The notes under the pieces: generated by a model | The model's input: only the letters and a program-made list of their open reading frames with translations | The model's database searches: none | What the model was told of the DNA's origin: nothing | Translations under genes and position numbers: made by a program | Origin: Planctomycetota bacterium | Lineage (GTDB): Bacteria > Planctomycetota > B15-G4 | Length of the DNA: 64,000 bases | NCBI GenBank assembly: GCA_965248575.1 | Contig: CBDFJQ010000002.1 | Location: 2,624,001 to 2,688,000, forward strand | Reading direction: 5' to 3' | Shown here: one piece after another, positions 18,570-28,984 of the stretch | How the letters are laid out: each line of letters begins with the position of its first letter | Numbering within the stretch: position 1 is the stretch's first letter

Positions 18570-20053
18570 AGCTGCGCAGGGATGCTTGGCTCGTCGTCAT
18601 CGCTGGCTCGCTGCTGACGCTCAGTGGCTGCAGCAGCCCCTCGTCCTCATCGGTGAGCAGCTCGCCAGCACCGCGCGTGATTGAAGAGGCCGACCCCGAG
18701 CTGGGCCGCTTGATCGTGTTCGTCCAGCCTGGCTCCGACCTGGCCCGCTCCTTCGAGCAGGACGACCTGCCGCAGATCGTCGCCCTCACCCAAGAACTGG
18801 GTATCACGGCGACGGTGGTCGACGCCACCTCCGCCGCGCCCACCGAGGTGAGCCTGACGCCCCAGCTGGTGTTCCAGAACCACCGAGGCCGCTCGGTCTT
18901 CGAAGGGCGTTACGCCAGCCTCGACCGCCTGCGCAACTTCCTGCGCACCGCGCGCCGAGCTCCGCTGGGCCCGGCCACACATGCCGCGAAGGACACGCTC
19001 GTCTGGCAGGCCGGTCGGGTCACGCTGACCGCGCCTATCAAGGTGGGCAAAGTCACCGGACATCCGCCCCGAGGCTACGAGCACGACGCCTTCCAACAGG
19101 AAGCCATCGCAGCCATCGACGACGCCCAAGAGTTGTTCCGGCGAGAGTCCGAAGTCCAGCTCAGCCGCGGGGACCGGGCCTTCTACATGGACTTCTATCC
19201 GTACCTGGCCGAGGACGGAACGCTGTATGTGTCGACCGCGCTGTTCTCCCAGTTCCACTGCAAGCAGGCGGTGTACATCAGCCCGCCGGATGCGCCCCAT
19301 GTCGGGCCGTGGTCCGAGCGCGCCAGCGTCTTTGCACGCGCTGCCCGCAGTCTCGAAGCGGAGCTGCGACGGCAACTGGCGAGCAGCGAGCATGGCGACG
19401 GCTTCGCTGCCCTCGGCGACGACACGCCGCTGGCGAGCTGGGCCGCCTTGGGCTTGGACTTGCCGGACGCACCGCCCGAAGCCCCCGCGTCGGCGGCCCG
19501 CGGGCCGCTGCCCCAGTCATGGGCGCTCGACACCTCGGACGCAAACAGCGACGCGACACCCAGCCTGCTCTTCCATCTCGCAGCGCCGCTCGACTCCTAC
19601 CGCGGCGAGGTCAGCGACCTGCAGGGCCGCCTCGACAGCTCGACCCCCACCGCCGGCGGCGAGCTGGTGGCGCGCGGCGCGTCCGTCAGCATGGGCGACC
19701 CGGACCTCGACAAGTGGATCCACAGCGCAGCCGTCTTGGACGTGAAGCAGTTTCCCGAGGCACGCTTCAGCTTGGACACCATGACCCTCGACCAGGCGCT
19801 CGCTTGGGGGCGCCTCAGCCCCATGACGGGCCAGGGCCACTTCAGCATGCGCGGCCAGACAATCCCGATGCAGGTGCGCGCCGAGCTGGAACCACTCGTG
19901 GACGAGGCCGGGAAGACCGTCTTGGCGGTGAGCGGGAGTTTCGACCTCAGCCTGGGAGCGCCGTGGTCCGTCGACGTCCCGGTGGGCGACGCCCCCGAGA
20001 ACCGTCAGCTGGTCTTCGACTTCGAGTTCGAACTGAGCTCTGCGGACGGCTGA
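18566..20053 (+). CDS. Lipoprotein with a C-terminal YceI (lipid/polyisoprenoid-binding) domain
   Basis: GTGA overlap with the preceding stop. Lipobox LSGC. YceI-like SVSMGDPDLD..LDVKQFPEARF..GHFSMRGQT. Confidence 0.65.
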   Translation: MKLRRDAWLVVIAGSLLTLSGCSSPSSSSVSSSPAPRVIEEADPELGRLIVFVQPGSDLARSFEQDDLPQIVALTQELGITATVVDATSAAPTEVSLTPQLVFQNHRGRSVFEGRYASLDRLRNFLRTARRAPLGPATHAAKDTLVWQAGRVTLTAPIKVGKVTGHPPRGYEHDAFQQEAIAAIDDAQELFRRESEVQLSRGDRAFYMDFYPYLAEDGTLYVSTALFSQFHCKQAVYISPPDAPHVGPWSERASVFARAARSLEAELRRQLASSEHGDGFAALGDDTPLASWAALGLDLPDAPPEAPASAARGPLPQSWALDTSDANSDATPSLLFHLAAPLDSYRGEVSDLQGRLDSSTPTAGGELVARGASVSMGDPDLDKWIHSAAVLDVKQFPEARFSLDTMTLDQALAWGRLSPMTGQGHFSMRGQTIPMQVRAELEPLVDEAGKTVLAVSGSFDLSLGAPWSVDVPVGDAPENRQLVFDFEFELSSADG

Positions 20054-20127
20054 CGGCGGTCCGTGACCCACGGAGACCCACTCTCTGTGGTCTGCGGGCG
20101 AAGGAAACGAAACGCCGAACAGCGCCC

Positions 20128-21510
20128 CTAGCGCTGTTCGTTCCCGTTCAAGTGGACCTCACCGCTGCTGGGCTCCACCACGATGCCGTCGGCCGGGTAG
20201 TTGCGCAGGCTGTTGCCGTGGATCACGTGCTGGGCCCCTCCCAGAACGAGGATCGCGGGGTAGTCGTGACGCTCATCACCATCGTGCCGGAAGCGATTGG
20301 AGAGGATGCTGACCCCCTCCGTGACGGTGCGGTCGCCGGCCAGCAAGGAAACGAGGCTCACGTCCGCGAACTCGTTGTCTACCACCACGTGCCCGCTGCC
20401 GCCGTTGATGCGCAGGGCCGGCCCACCCGCGGTGGCATGGAACACATTGCCACTCAGCAGCGAGCCGCTCGCCACGCTGGTGTGACGCCACGCCCCGGCC
20501 TGTATCGGTGCTTCGACGTCGACCATGGCCACCGTCTGGGCGCCCTCGAAGCTCCCGAAGGCGTTGCGCTTCACGGACTGCTGCCGCTCGCCTGCGAGAT
20601 GCAGGGCGCGCTCCGCCGCCAGCGAATGAAAGACGTTGTCCTCGATGGACAGCCAGTGCCCGGCCTCTCCGCCCGTGGCTTCGATGGCCGTGCGGACCGG
20701 GTCCCGCAGGTCGCCCAACTCCAGGAAGACGTTGCCGGAGATGCGCGCCAGGGCGACGTCCTCCAGGCGCATGCCGTAGGCCAGGAAGCCCCGCTCCTGT
20801 CGTTCGCCGATGGCCTGCCCCATCACCGTGTTCTGGGTGATGTGCAACTGCTCGAGGCCGTCGGCACGCAGCACGGTCCAACCGCGATGGGGATGGAATT
20901 CGTTCTCGTGGATCCAGGCGCTGGTGTGCTTCAGCAGCGTGTGCGAACCCAGCTCGACGAAGGTCGGCAGCGCGCCCTGGGCATCCCGCCCCCGGAAGGT
21001 GCAGCCCTGCAATTGGAAACCCTGGGAACGGACGCGCACCAGCGAGTGCCCGGTGACGGGCAGATGGTCCACCAGCTCGAGTCCTTCGAGCACCACGCTC
21101 TCGCCCGTGACGTCGAACAGGCCGACGCCCCACAGGGCGCTGGAGAGCAGCGTCGCACCCTCCCCATGGATGCGCACATCGTCCGCGGTGATGGAGACCG
21201 GTTGGCGGAAGCTGTAGGTGCCTGGGGCCACGACGATCTCGCCGCCCTCCGGCAGCGAGGCCAGGGCGGCCAGGAACGGCCGCTCGTCGTCGCCCGTGAA
21301 CAAGTGTTCGGGGATCTCAGCGGGAGCCAGGGGGACGGCGCGACCGGACCAGCCGATGTGGACCACGCTCCCGGCCGCGAGGGTCTGCACGGGGACTTCG
21401 GGTGCGCTGGCTGGCGTCCAGCGCCTTGCCAGCTCCGGGGCCGGGAGCAGGATGGCTGCCATGAGACCCAGGACGGCGGGCACTCCCAACATGCTTGTCT
21501 GCAGCCTCAT
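20128..21510 (-). CDS. Secreted right-handed parallel beta-helix (pectin lyase-like) protein; start uncertain
   Basis: Signal-like N-terminus. GGEIVVAPGTY..ITADDVRIHGEGA. Repeated I..N.F rungs (ENEF, GNVF, DNVF, RNAF, DNEF). Confidence 0.7.
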   Translation of the reverse strand: MRLQTSMLGVPAVLGLMAAILLPAPELARRWTPASAPEVPVQTLAAGSVVHIGWSGRAVPLAPAEIPEHLFTGDDERPFLAALASLPEGGEIVVAPGTYSFRQPVSITADDVRIHGEGATLLSSALWGVGLFDVTGESVVLEGLELVDHLPVTGHSLVRVRSQGFQLQGCTFRGRDAQGALPTFVELGSHTLLKHTSAWIHENEFHPHRGWTVLRADGLEQLHITQNTVMGQAIGERQERGFLAYGMRLEDVALARISGNVFLELGDLRDPVRTAIEATGGEAGHWLSIEDNVFHSLAAERALHLAGERQQSVKRNAFGSFEGAQTVAMVDVEAPIQAGAWRHTSVASGSLLSGNVFHATAGGPALRINGGSGHVVVDNEFADVSLVSLLAGDRTVTEGVSILSNRFRHDGDERHDYPAILVLGGAQHVIHGNSLRNYPADGIVVEPSSGEVHLNGNEQR

Positions 21511-21624
21511 GCACACCTCGACGGACGGATCGATTCCAACGAGGGGAAGACTACCCCCGATTTGGCGTCTGTCAGGCGGCCTGCCCGCGATGGGACGGGG
21601 CAAGCGCGAAGGCCTCTCAGGCCC

Positions 21625-24252
21625 TCACTCGTAGCGCATGACCTCTGAGAGCCGCAGCCGGTTTGCCCGGAAGGCGGGCAACAGCACGGCCAGCAGGGCG
21701 ATCAGGACGGCGCCCCCCAGCACGGCGCCCAACGAGCGCGGCGAGAGGTGGAAGACCAGGTCAAGGTGACTCACGGCAGTGAGGGCGCGCGCCGTGAGGA
21801 TCGCCAGGGGCACACCCAGGACCAGGCCGAGCACGCCGCCCAGCGCCCCCAAGGCACCCGACTCCAGGAGCAACATGCCGGCCACCTGCTGCCCCGTGAG
21901 CCCCACGGCCCGCAGCAGGCCGATCTCTCGACGCCGCTCCATGACGGCGATGACCATGGCATTGAGGATGCCCACGGCCGCGAGCAGAACCGTCAGCAGC
22001 AGGATGGCGTAGAAGATGGCGAAGTTGCGGTCGAGATCGGCGACGTAGGCGTCAGTGATCTCCTCACCGCGCCGGAACTCGAGCAGGTTGCCCTCACCCA
22101 GGATCCCCGCCGCCACGACCCGCAGCTCTTCGACACGTGCCTCGTCGAGCCCCGGCGACCAGGCCACGAAGTGATCCCCCAGGCCGGCGCTGTCCACGCA
22201 CCAGTAGTTGAGCATGTTCTCGGAGGAGACCACGCCGAACACCCGGTTGTCCGGCGCGAAGCCGTACTCGTCCGTCACCGCGAGGATCTCGAACTCCACC
22301 AGCCCGCTGGAGGCCGTGGCCAGACGCACGAAGTCCCGGGCCTGCTTGCCCAGGTCGTCCGCGCAACGGGTGCTCAGGATGATCGTCCGTTCTTCCTGGA
22401 AGGCCGCCCGCTCCCGGTGCTGGCGCGCCATGGAACCCACGCTGAGCTGGCGCGATTCGAGACCTCGGATCAGGAACGAGCTGGTCACCTGCGCGTTGAG
22501 CGCCAGCAACGTCTGGAACTCCGGCTCGGCGTCCCGCAGCTCCGGCAGCTTCCGCGCACCCGCCGGGCTCGTCTTGATGAACAGCCGGTCAGCTAGTGCC
22601 CGCGCACCGAAGTCACGTGTCTCCGACTTCAGGCTCTCCAGCACGGAGGCGATCAAGAAGACCGCGGTGAACACCAACATCAGGCCCGACACGGTGCCGA
22701 AGACGCGGTGCCTGGAGGCCGAGAGGGTGGCCCGGGTCAAACGTGCCGCAACTCCCCGGAAGGGCAAGGTGAAGAAGGTGGCCAGGGCCGAGAGCAAGCC
22801 GGGCGCGAGCAGCAGCAGCGCGAAGGTGCCACCCACCAGGCCGAAGGCCATGAGCAGCGCTTCGTAGAGCGGCGTGGGCACGTACTCACCCGCGGGTGCA
22901 CCCACGATCCAGGCCACGGGCACCAGGGCCAGCAGGCCGGCGAGCACCGAACGTCGCACGCCGGTGAAGGGGTCCCGGGAGAGTTCGATGACACCGCGCC
23001 GCAAGGCGTCGATGACCGAGAGACGGGAGGCGCGCAGGAACGGGTAGAGCACGCCAGCCAAGCAGAAGACCACGCCCGCGGTGAGTACGGCCAGCACGGG
23101 AATGATGGGCCACTCGCTGATCACCAAAGGCTTGCCGAAGCCCAGCGTGGTGATCTGCATGTCCACCATGAAGTCGATGATGACGCGCGCCAGCAGGAGT
23201 GCGAGCGCCGCCCCCATGAGGGCCAGCACCAGACCTTCCAGGATGAACACAGCGCCGAGCCGGGTACGTGTCAGGCCCAGGGCCCGCAGCAGGCCGATGG
23301 ACCGCACCCGTTCCACGAGCGACATCGACATGGTGTTGAAGATGATGTACAGCCCGAGGAAGAGCGCCAGGAATCCGCAAAAGCGCACCCCGCTGCGGAA
23401 GGCCTTTTCCTCGGGGGCGAGCCCCGCCAACGACTGTTTCGGGGCTGTGACCACGAAGCGATTGCTGAGGGAGCGCTGGATGGTTGGCAGGTCGGTGGAC
23501 CCAGAGTCGAAGTCCGCCCAGAAGCGGACATTGGCCCGGTTGCCCAGGGCCTCAAACCCACGCTCGAAAGTCGTCAGGGCGCGGTTGCCCGAGAAGCCGA
23601 GGCGCGTCGGCGCCAGGATGCCCACCACCTCGAAGGGCCAACTGGACGCTTCGAGGTCGGCTTGCGGAGCCTGCCGACCGCGACCCGCCTTGCCGCCGCG
23701 CACGGGTTCCGACACCAGCTCGCCGTCCACGCAATGGATGCGCGGCGCACGATTCCGGGACGGCGGGCGCAGCTCGACGGTGTCACCCACCACCAGGCCC
23801 GTGCGCTCGGCGATGCTGGCACCCAGGAGCAGCTGCGGGCTGTTGGACCCATGGTCCAGGTCGCGCCCCTCGGCCACGATGTATGCCCCGTGATAGGTGG
23901 CTGCACCCGGCTCCACTCCCATGAGCTCCAGGCCCGGACCCTCCTTGCCCTTGGAGTAGACCGAGAGGTTGCCGCTGGCGAAGGCCGTCACGCCGCTCAG
24001 CTGGGCGCGGGTCGTGAGATCTTCCCGTGCCCGCTCCAGGTCCAGGGGCGAGCTGAGGTCCGGTTGGATCAGCAGGTCCGCGTCCGCGTTCAGCTTGGGC
24101 TTGCTTGAGCCTTGGGTCAGCAGGGTGTTGTGGTCAACCACCAGCACCGAGACCACCGTGGCGATACCCACAGCGATACCGAGCACCGAGGCCAGCGTCT
24201 TGCCCGGCCGGAAAGCCAGCTGCCGCCAGGCCATGAGCAGGGTGAAGTGCAC
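21625..24252 (-). CDS. ABC transporter permease, MacB/LolE-FtsX family, with a duplicated domain
   Basis: LGIAVGIA. Two copies of the ER.R.IGLLRA.G motif. Two periplasmic domains. Confidence 0.9.
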   Translation of the reverse strand: MHFTLLMAWRQLAFRPGKTLASVLGIAVGIATVVSVLVVDHNTLLTQGSSKPKLNADADLLIQPDLSSPLDLERAREDLTTRAQLSGVTAFASGNLSVYSKGKEGPGLELMGVEPGAATYHGAYIVAEGRDLDHGSNSPQLLLGASIAERTGLVVGDTVELRPPSRNRAPRIHCVDGELVSEPVRGGKAGRGRQAPQADLEASSWPFEVVGILAPTRLGFSGNRALTTFERGFEALGNRANVRFWADFDSGSTDLPTIQRSLSNRFVVTAPKQSLAGLAPEEKAFRSGVRFCGFLALFLGLYIIFNTMSMSLVERVRSIGLLRALGLTRTRLGAVFILEGLVLALMGAALALLLARVIIDFMVDMQITTLGFGKPLVISEWPIIPVLAVLTAGVVFCLAGVLYPFLRASRLSVIDALRRGVIELSRDPFTGVRRSVLAGLLALVPVAWIVGAPAGEYVPTPLYEALLMAFGLVGGTFALLLLAPGLLSALATFFTLPFRGVAARLTRATLSASRHRVFGTVSGLMLVFTAVFLIASVLESLKSETRDFGARALADRLFIKTSPAGARKLPELRDAEPEFQTLLALNAQVTSSFLIRGLESRQLSVGSMARQHRERAAFQEERTIILSTRCADDLGKQARDFVRLATASSGLVEFEILAVTDEYGFAPDNRVFGVVSSENMLNYWCVDSAGLGDHFVAWSPGLDEARVEELRVVAAGILGEGNLLEFRRGEEITDAYVADLDRNFAIFYAILLLTVLLAAVGILNAMVIAVMERRREIGLLRAVGLTGQQVAGMLLLESGALGALGGVLGLVLGVPLAILTARALTAVSHLDLVFHLSPRSLGAVLGGAVLIALLAVLLPAFRANRLRLSEVMRYE

Positions 24253-24253
24253 C

Positions 24254-25111
24254 TCAGATACCCAGGGAGGTCAGGGAGTGAGCGATGCCTTCGGGAGTGA
24301 CGGCTTCGCCTTCCAGGCGGTACTCCTCGTGCAGCTCGCCGTCCTTGAGGAAGTGCACCTCGTCGGAGAAGGCAGCGTCCCGGGGGTTGTGGGTCACCAG
24401 CAGGATGGTCTGGCCCAACTCGTCGCAGGAGGTCCGGAACAACTTCATGACCTCTTCGCCGGCCGAGGTGCTGATGTTGCCCGTGGGCTCGTCGGCCATG
24501 ACGATCGTGGGGCGCGAGATGAGTGCCCGCGCGATGGACGTGCGCTGCATCTCGCCACCGCTCAACTGGTGCGGATAGCTGGCCAGCTTGCCCTCGAGGT
24601 CGAAGGCCTTCACCAGCTCGGCAAAGTGCTGCTCCCCCGCTTCGCCACCGGCTTCTTCACCGCCAGCGCCAATCATCAGCGGCAGCTTGATGTTCTCGGC
24701 CACCGTGAGATTCGGGATCAGGTTGTAGAACTGGAACACGAAGCCGATGGTGTCGCGCCGCAGCAGGGTGCGTTTGCGCTCGGAGATGTCGTACAGGTCC
24801 TTGCCTGCCAGCATCACGGTGCCACCCGACGGCGGCTCCAGACCCGAGACGATGTGCAGCAGGGTGGACTTGCCGGAACCCGACGGGCCCATGATGGTCA
24901 CCAGCTTGCCGCGCGGCACGCTGAAGCTCACCTCGCGCACCACGGCGAACTTGCCGGCAGCCGTGCCAAAGAACTTGTAGACGTCCTCGGTAGACAGCAC
25001 ATCGTCCGTGCTGCTGCCAGCGCCCCCCCCGGCGCCCGTCCCCGGGTCGGCTGCGGCCTCTGCCTTGCTCGCGCCGAATTCGCCCTTGGCCACGCTCTCG
25101 GAGTCGGTCAT
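24254..25111 (-). CDS. ABC transporter ATP-binding protein (LolD/MacB-like)
   Basis: GPSGSGKST, IGFVFQFYNL, LSGGEMQR, ADEPTGN and VTH. Confidence 0.95.
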   Translation of the reverse strand: MTDSESVAKGEFGASKAEAAADPGTGAGGGAGSSTDDVLSTEDVYKFFGTAAGKFAVVREVSFSVPRGKLVTIMGPSGSGKSTLLHIVSGLEPPSGGTVMLAGKDLYDISERKRTLLRRDTIGFVFQFYNLIPNLTVAENIKLPLMIGAGGEEAGGEAGEQHFAELVKAFDLEGKLASYPHQLSGGEMQRTSIARALISRPTIVMADEPTGNISTSAGEEVMKLFRTSCDELGQTILLVTHNPRDAAFSDEVHFLKDGELHEEYRLEGEAVTPEGIAHSLTSLGI

Positions 25112-25116
25112 GGCGC

Positions 25117-27897
25117 TCAGGAACCGCCGCCGGAGTCACCCGGTTGCGGGGAATCCCAGAGTTCCGTCCAGTCCCCCACGGTCGAACCTTCCCGCTGGGC
25201 CAACTCCTGGATAGCGCTACGGCTCACGACGACCTCCTCCATGGCGGTTTCGGAAAGGACCTTGCCCACAGCCTCAATGATGGCCGGCGCATCAATCTTC
25301 TGGTAGCCGAAGACCTGGTCGGGTCGACCACACTTGGAGAACTTGCGCACGGCGAGGGCCTCATGTCGCACGCCCAGGACGCTGCCGATGTTGTCGAGCA
25401 AGCCTGCCTCGCCATCGTGCACAGAAACCACCGGCACGCGGCGACCTGCCAGGGTCACCAGCTCCGCCCCGGAATCGATGGGCTCCTGCAGTCCCAGGTG
25501 CAAGTGGCTGTCGAGCCCGAGCCCCTGGCGCAGATGCTGGAAGTCGTTCTCTGCGGCGAGGATCCCCAACAGCAGGTCAGGCGAAGACACAGCGATCAAG
25601 TTGACGTAGACGCCTTCGCCGCGCAGCAGGTCGGACGCCTCCAAGGCCTCCGGCGCCACGGCGCCCATCACGAACAGGTTCACGACGTTGACGCCCGGCT
25701 CGTAGTCGGGCTGCCCGCGGAAGTCCACCAGGTGGTACGCACCGGACAGGCAGTCGTGGCGCGCGGCCTCGAGAATCAACTCGTCACCCAGTGGCTGGGA
25801 CTCGAGATCGGCCGGGTTGGTACGGAAACGCGGGTGACGACGCAGGCGCTTCACGAGCTCCTTCTGCTCCACACCGCGCGTCACGGCGCGAATCAGGATG
25901 CCGCGCCGACCATCGTTCTCATCGGCGAAGTGACGCCGGATGGACTCACACAAGATCCAATCCATCTCGATGCTGAAGATGGGCTCCCAGGTGATGAGAT
26001 TGGGGATCTGGATGTCCGACTTCCAACTGTGCTGCGCGCCTTCCGACGACAGCGAGACACCCGAAGGTGTCCCCAGGATCACGAACTCCGCACCCCAGTA
26101 GAGGCTGTAGAACAGCTGGTCGAGGGCACGTTTGATGAAGAAGTCGTAGACCGTCATGATCGGAAAGAAGGGCACGCCCGCGTAGTGGCCCATCATCCCG
26201 AAGGAGCCCACGGCCGACATGCAGTTGGCTTCCGCGATCTCGAAGCGGATGTGCCGGGTCCAGGGTTCGCTCGTGGGCAGCAGCGCCGGGCGCTTCTTGT
26301 TGTGTCCCGTACGCACCTCGATCTCGGCCGACTCCTGCTCGCCCTCGCCGTGCACGCCGTACACCTTCTCGTCCATGACCGGGTTGAGCTGAGTCGACGT
26401 GCCCACATCGGGGCTCATGGTCAGGATGAAGTCAGCAGAGGCTTCCCACTGGCGTTCCTTGTCCGTGAGATCGGGGATCCCGTGGCCTTCTTCACGCCGG
26501 ATCTCGGCCGATGTGCCGATGCGAACCAACTTGGCGGCCAGCTGGCCCCACATCCACTGGGTGTGTGCGCGGGGAAACAGCTTGGTGCCGATGTCGAGGC
26601 TGGCGGGCACGCCGCCCACGTCCTCGATGTGCTGGCGCACCACGGCGCGGTTCTTGTCGCGCCAAGCCCGGTCGGACTGGATCACCTTGCGGAATTCCTT
26701 GCTCTTGGCTGCAAGCAACTTGGCTTCCGCCGTCTTGGCCGCAAAGGGTGCGAAAGGACGCTCGGGGGTCAGCCCCTCGTCCTCTAGCAGCTGATGGATC
26801 TCCGATTCCTTCGGGAGCTCGCTGTGGTTGCCGGGGGCGGCGTACATGTCGAGCCCCCAACCCTTCACGGTGTGTACCACCATCAGCGACGGACGGTCCT
26901 TGTCCTTCTTGCTCTGCTCGAGCGCCTTTACCAGGACATCGGTGTCGTGGCCGCCGAGGTCGCAGAGCAGGGTTTCCAGCTGCCCGTCGTCCAGGGAGTC
27001 CACCAGCGGCTTGCACTTCTTGTCGCGGCTGATGAGCAATTTGCGCGTGTCGTCCATCACGCGCAGCAGGAGGTGCCCCTGCAGCTCGTAGTCGCTGAGG
27101 CCTTCCTCGAGCACCTTGCGCAGGGCTGCGCCGCCCGGCTTCTTGAAGGCGGCCAAACGCTTGCGACCGTGACGCACCTGGATCACTTCCCACCCATTGG
27201 CCACACCCATGGCCTCGATACGGTGGGCATCGGTGCCGTGCAGACCGTGCATGTTGGGCATGCGCGCGCCGTCGAGGTTCTGGCGGTTGTAGTCGATGAT
27301 CCAGGTCAGGTTGCCCAGACCCCGCTCGGCGAAGTCCGGCATCGCTTCCATCAAGCTGCCTTCGCGCAGCTCGCTGTCACCGATGAGCGACCAGAAGTGG
27401 AGGTCCGTCGGCACCTCGGGCACTTCCACCTTGTGGTCCTTGGCATAGCGATACGCCAAGGCGAGATAGCCGGAGGCCACGGGCGGGATCCCGACGCTGC
27501 CGGACGGCAAGAAGTGCCAACTGTCCGGGTCGAAGCGCGAGTGATAACTCTGGAAGACCGGCTCGCCATTCTCGGAGAACTTGCGCAAGCCGTGCAGCGC
27601 CTGCTCGATCTCCGCCTGGCTGAACCACTCGCCCTGCTTGGGATGACGGTAGAGCTGCATCATCCCGTTCAGCACGTGATCCAAGGGCGCCGCGTGCGGT
27701 TTGCAGCACACGAAGTCATGACCCGTCCGCACCTTGCAATGAAGGGCCGTGAGGATGTGCGCTGAACTGGCACACGACGCCGGGTGGCCACCCACCTTCG
27801 GATCCGTTTTGCGGGCATCCGGACGGTGGTTGGCGATGTGGATCATCGCTGCCGTCTGGATCGTGGCCCGCCGGGCGATACGGTCGAGCGTCGACAT
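25117..27897 (-). CDS. AceE-like homodimeric 2-oxoacid (pyruvate) dehydrogenase E1, ThDP-dependent
   Basis: KVGGH, KPHA, GDSE..EG..DYNRQNLDG (ThDP motif), HTVKGWG, IAEAN, YDFF and EGAQH. TGATG overlap with mdh. Confidence 0.8.
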   Translation of the reverse strand: MSTLDRIARRATIQTAAMIHIANHRPDARKTDPKVGGHPASCASSAHILTALHCKVRTGHDFVCCKPHAAPLDHVLNGMMQLYRHPKQGEWFSQAEIEQALHGLRKFSENGEPVFQSYHSRFDPDSWHFLPSGSVGIPPVASGYLALAYRYAKDHKVEVPEVPTDLHFWSLIGDSELREGSLMEAMPDFAERGLGNLTWIIDYNRQNLDGARMPNMHGLHGTDAHRIEAMGVANGWEVIQVRHGRKRLAAFKKPGGAALRKVLEEGLSDYELQGHLLLRVMDDTRKLLISRDKKCKPLVDSLDDGQLETLLCDLGGHDTDVLVKALEQSKKDKDRPSLMVVHTVKGWGLDMYAAPGNHSELPKESEIHQLLEDEGLTPERPFAPFAAKTAEAKLLAAKSKEFRKVIQSDRAWRDKNRAVVRQHIEDVGGVPASLDIGTKLFPRAHTQWMWGQLAAKLVRIGTSAEIRREEGHGIPDLTDKERQWEASADFILTMSPDVGTSTQLNPVMDEKVYGVHGEGEQESAEIEVRTGHNKKRPALLPTSEPWTRHIRFEIAEANCMSAVGSFGMMGHYAGVPFFPIMTVYDFFIKRALDQLFYSLYWGAEFVILGTPSGVSLSSEGAQHSWKSDIQIPNLITWEPIFSIEMDWILCESIRRHFADENDGRRGILIRAVTRGVEQKELVKRLRRHPRFRTNPADLESQPLGDELILEAARHDCLSGAYHLVDFRGQPDYEPGVNVVNLFVMGAVAPEALEASDLLRGEGVYVNLIAVSSPDLLLGILAAENDFQHLRQGLGLDSHLHLGLQEPIDSGAELVTLAGRRVPVVSVHDGEAGLLDNIGSVLGVRHEALAVRKFSKCGRPDQVFGYQKIDAPAIIEAVGKVLSETAMEEVVVSRSAIQELAQREGSTVGDWTELWDSPQPGDSGGGS

Positions 27898-28892
27898 CAG
27901 CCGAGCAGGTCCGCGATGACAGAGCGCTCGTGCTCGAGCTCTGCGACGGAGGCTGCCAGCTTCTCCTGGCCGAAGTCAGACAGCTCGACACCCTGCACGA
28001 TGCTGTAGGCACCGGACGCGTCGACGCTGACCGGGAAGGAAGAGATGAGACCTTCTGGAACGCCATAGCTGCCGTCGCTGCACACCGCGACCGAATGCCA
28101 GTCGCCCGCAGGTGTCGGGTTGATCAAGGCGCTCACGTGGTCCACGAGCCCGTTGGCTGCGGACAGTGCGGAGGAGAGCCCGCGCGCCTTGATGATGGCG
28201 GCACCGCGCTGCTGGACCGTCTTGATGAACTCGCCTTCAAGCCAGATGCGATCCGGAATGGCATCCGTCGCTGCCCGGCCACCGATCTTCGCGTTCTCGA
28301 AGTCGGGGTATTGCGTGGCGCTGTGGTTGCCCCAGATCGTCAGGTTCGTGACCTGCGTGTGGTGCACGCCCGCCTTGTTGGCGAGCTGGGCCTTGGCCCG
28401 GTTCTCATCCAAGCGGGTCATGGCGGTGAAGTTCGTGCGCGGCCGGCCCGGAGCGTTGGCCGACGCGATCAGCGCGTTGGTGTTGCAGGGATTGCCAACC
28501 ACCACCGTGCGGCAGTTGCTCGCCGCGTGGTCGTTGATGGCCTTGCCTTGGCCAGTAAAGATGGGGCCGTTGCCTTCGATCAGGTCGTTGCGCTCCATGC
28601 CGGCGCCACGCGGCTTGGCCCCCACGAGCAGCGCCCAGTTCACACCCCGGAAGCCGTCATCGAGGTCCGAGGTGAGCACCATGTCCTGCAAGAGCGGGAA
28701 GGCGCAGTCCTCGAGCTCCATGGCCACACCCTTGAGGGCCGCCATGGGCTTCTCCGCGGGGACCTCGATCATGTGCAGGATGACCGGCTGATCGGGGCCG
28801 AACATCTGCCCGGAGGCGATGCGAGGCAGGAGGGCATATCCGATCTGGCCAGCGGCACCGGTGACGGCGACGCGAATGGGTGTGGTGGTCAC
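27897..28892 (-). CDS. mdh: Malate dehydrogenase (MDH type 2)
   Basis: [54 protein letters not shown] and SSALSAA. Confidence 0.97.
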   Translation of the reverse strand: MTTTPIRVAVTGAAGQIGYALLPRIASGQMFGPDQPVILHMIEVPAEKPMAALKGVAMELEDCAFPLLQDMVLTSDLDDGFRGVNWALLVGAKPRGAGMERNDLIEGNGPIFTGQGKAINDHAASNCRTVVVGNPCNTNALIASANAPGRPRTNFTAMTRLDENRAKAQLANKAGVHHTQVTNLTIWGNHSATQYPDFENAKIGGRAATDAIPDRIWLEGEFIKTVQQRGAAIIKARGLSSALSAANGLVDHVSALINPTPAGDWHSVAVCSDGSYGVPEGLISSFPVSVDASGAYSIVQGVELSDFGQEKLAASVAELEHERSVIADLLG

Positions 28893-28984
28893 GTTTCAAA
28901 GCTCCGTTGGGCGAAGCCGCCATTGTCATCAATCCATGTGCACTCATGCCAGCACTGACGGGCCGTTCGACGCACACAGCCGAT

